This document shows, piece after piece, positions 63,498-64,000 of a DNA stretch of 64,000 nt. The notes under the pieces were generated by a model that saw only the letters and a list, made by a program, of their open reading frames with translations, did not search any database and was not told where the DNA came from. Made by a program: the position numbers and the translations under genes. Source of the DNA: Bacteroidota bacterium (GTDB lineage Bacteria > Bacteroidota > Bacteroidia > Chitinophagales > Chitinophagaceae); assembly GCA_018267625.1 (NCBI GenBank), contig JAFDYC010000037.1:21736-85735 (forward strand), given 5' to 3'. Each line of letters starts with the position of its first letter. Position 1 is the stretch's first letter.

Positions 63498-64000
63498 TCA
63501 ATACAAATCATCCACCTTCATCTTTAAATATTTCAGAACGGAGCGGTGGGTACTGAGCCAGGAGATGAGCACTCCGAGGATGAGCATACTGAGCATGAGC
63601 AGGATGATGAGTTTTGTATCATGCAGGCTGCGGAGTTCGGGCAATTGGCTTTCGGCAAACTGCATCAGGAGCCATAAGCCGGCAACGGCGATGATACCGC
63701 TGATGAGCCCGTTGATGATGGAGCGCCGGTCGAAAGGCCGGGAAATAAAAAAGCGATTGGCGCCTACCATCTGCATGGTCTTAATCAGAAAGCGGTTTGA
63801 AAACATGGCCAGCCGCACCGTATTGTCAATCAAAACCACGACTGCAAAAACCAATAGTAAGGCGATTGCGCCGAGGATGATGTTGATGCGGCGGAAGTTG
63901 GCATTCATCTGCTCTACATTCCGGGTAGGGTAGGTGACCTCGCGCACTACATTGCTCTGCAAGATGAACTTTCGGATTTTTTCGAGGCTGTCTTTGTTGG
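63498..64000 (-). CDS. ftsX: Cell-division protein FtsX (permease-like); the 5' part runs off the right edge
   Basis: The frame stays open to the window end (...KDSLEKIRKFILQSNVVREVTY...). The C-terminal 4-TM FtsX domain is present (MFSNRFLIKTMQMVGA...). The track Met at 63962 is an internal TTG. Confidence 0.8.
   Translation of the reverse strand, partial: NKDSLEKIRKFILQSNVVREVTYPTRNVEQMNANFRRINIILGAIALLLVFAVVVLIDNTVRLAMFSNRFLIKTMQMVGANRFFISRPFDRRSIINGLISGIIAVAGLWLLMQFAESQLPELRSLHDTKLIILLMLSMLILGVLISWLSTHRSVLKYLKMKVDDLY

Noticed and set aside
1-64000. I looked for CRISPR arrays, rRNA or tRNA genes, transposases, integrases, phage genes and long inverted or direct repeats.
   Set aside because: None was recognised. 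Intergenic regions are short, and the only non-trivial repeat found is the 21-mer reported above. A tRNAscan, Infernal and IS search would be needed to be definitive.

Overview
This is a 64-kb, densely coding chromosomal segment that looks like Bacteroidota, probably Chitinophagia/Sphingobacteriia-like. The evidence for that placement is T9SS type A and type B C-terminal sorting domains, a PorU/PorV-like pair, a TamL-type lipoprotein Omp85, a DUF3098-ftsX arrangement and many lipobox proteins. I support about 55 CDSs and about 15 intrinsic terminators. I recognised no rRNA, tRNA, CRISPR array, transposase or integrase.

Main blocks, left to right:
1. 1-3.6 kb: the 5' part of korB, a small orphan ORF, a C1 peptidase and a GSCFA protein.
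2. 3.8-11.7 kb: a co-directional Kdo/LPS-core string on the minus strand, in map order kdsB, kdsC-like, an unusual FSA/TalC-aldolase-CBS fusion, vapBC, kdsA, a kdnB/kdnA-like oxidase and aminotransferase, and waaA.
3. 11.8-31 kb: a peptidase-rich housekeeping stretch with S46 DPP, S9 prolyl oligopeptidase, M16 and a T9SS-secreted S8 peptidase, plus a T9SS type B cargo protein, dnaK and a lipid desaturase.
4. 31.2-35.5 kb: a porin, Rieske, imelysin and di-heme peroxidase cluster, which looks iron/redox related.
5. 35.6-41.5 kb: ygiD-like, nadB, crcB, cdd and hutI.
6. 41.5-51.6 kb: DUF6089, a 1702-aa C25/PorU-like protein, a PorV/PorQ-family barrel and TamL.
7. 51.6-60.6 kb: envelope and polysaccharide genes (PAP2, methyltransferase, WecA-like, heparinase II/III-like, an orphan meaB, an O-antigen-ligase-like protein).
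8. 60.8-64 kb: a WxxGxW-rich lipoprotein, an orphan 127-aa gene bracketed by terminators, DUF3098 and the 3' part of ftsX.

The most interesting items are:
- the aldolase-CBS fusion sitting where KdsD is expected;
- the kdnAB-like pair, which predicts 8-amino-Kdo;
- the PorU2/PorV2-like second sortase pair;
- a 21-nt exact repeat shared by two terminator-bracketed convergent spacers.

All functional calls come from motif-level reading of the translations. No database search was run.
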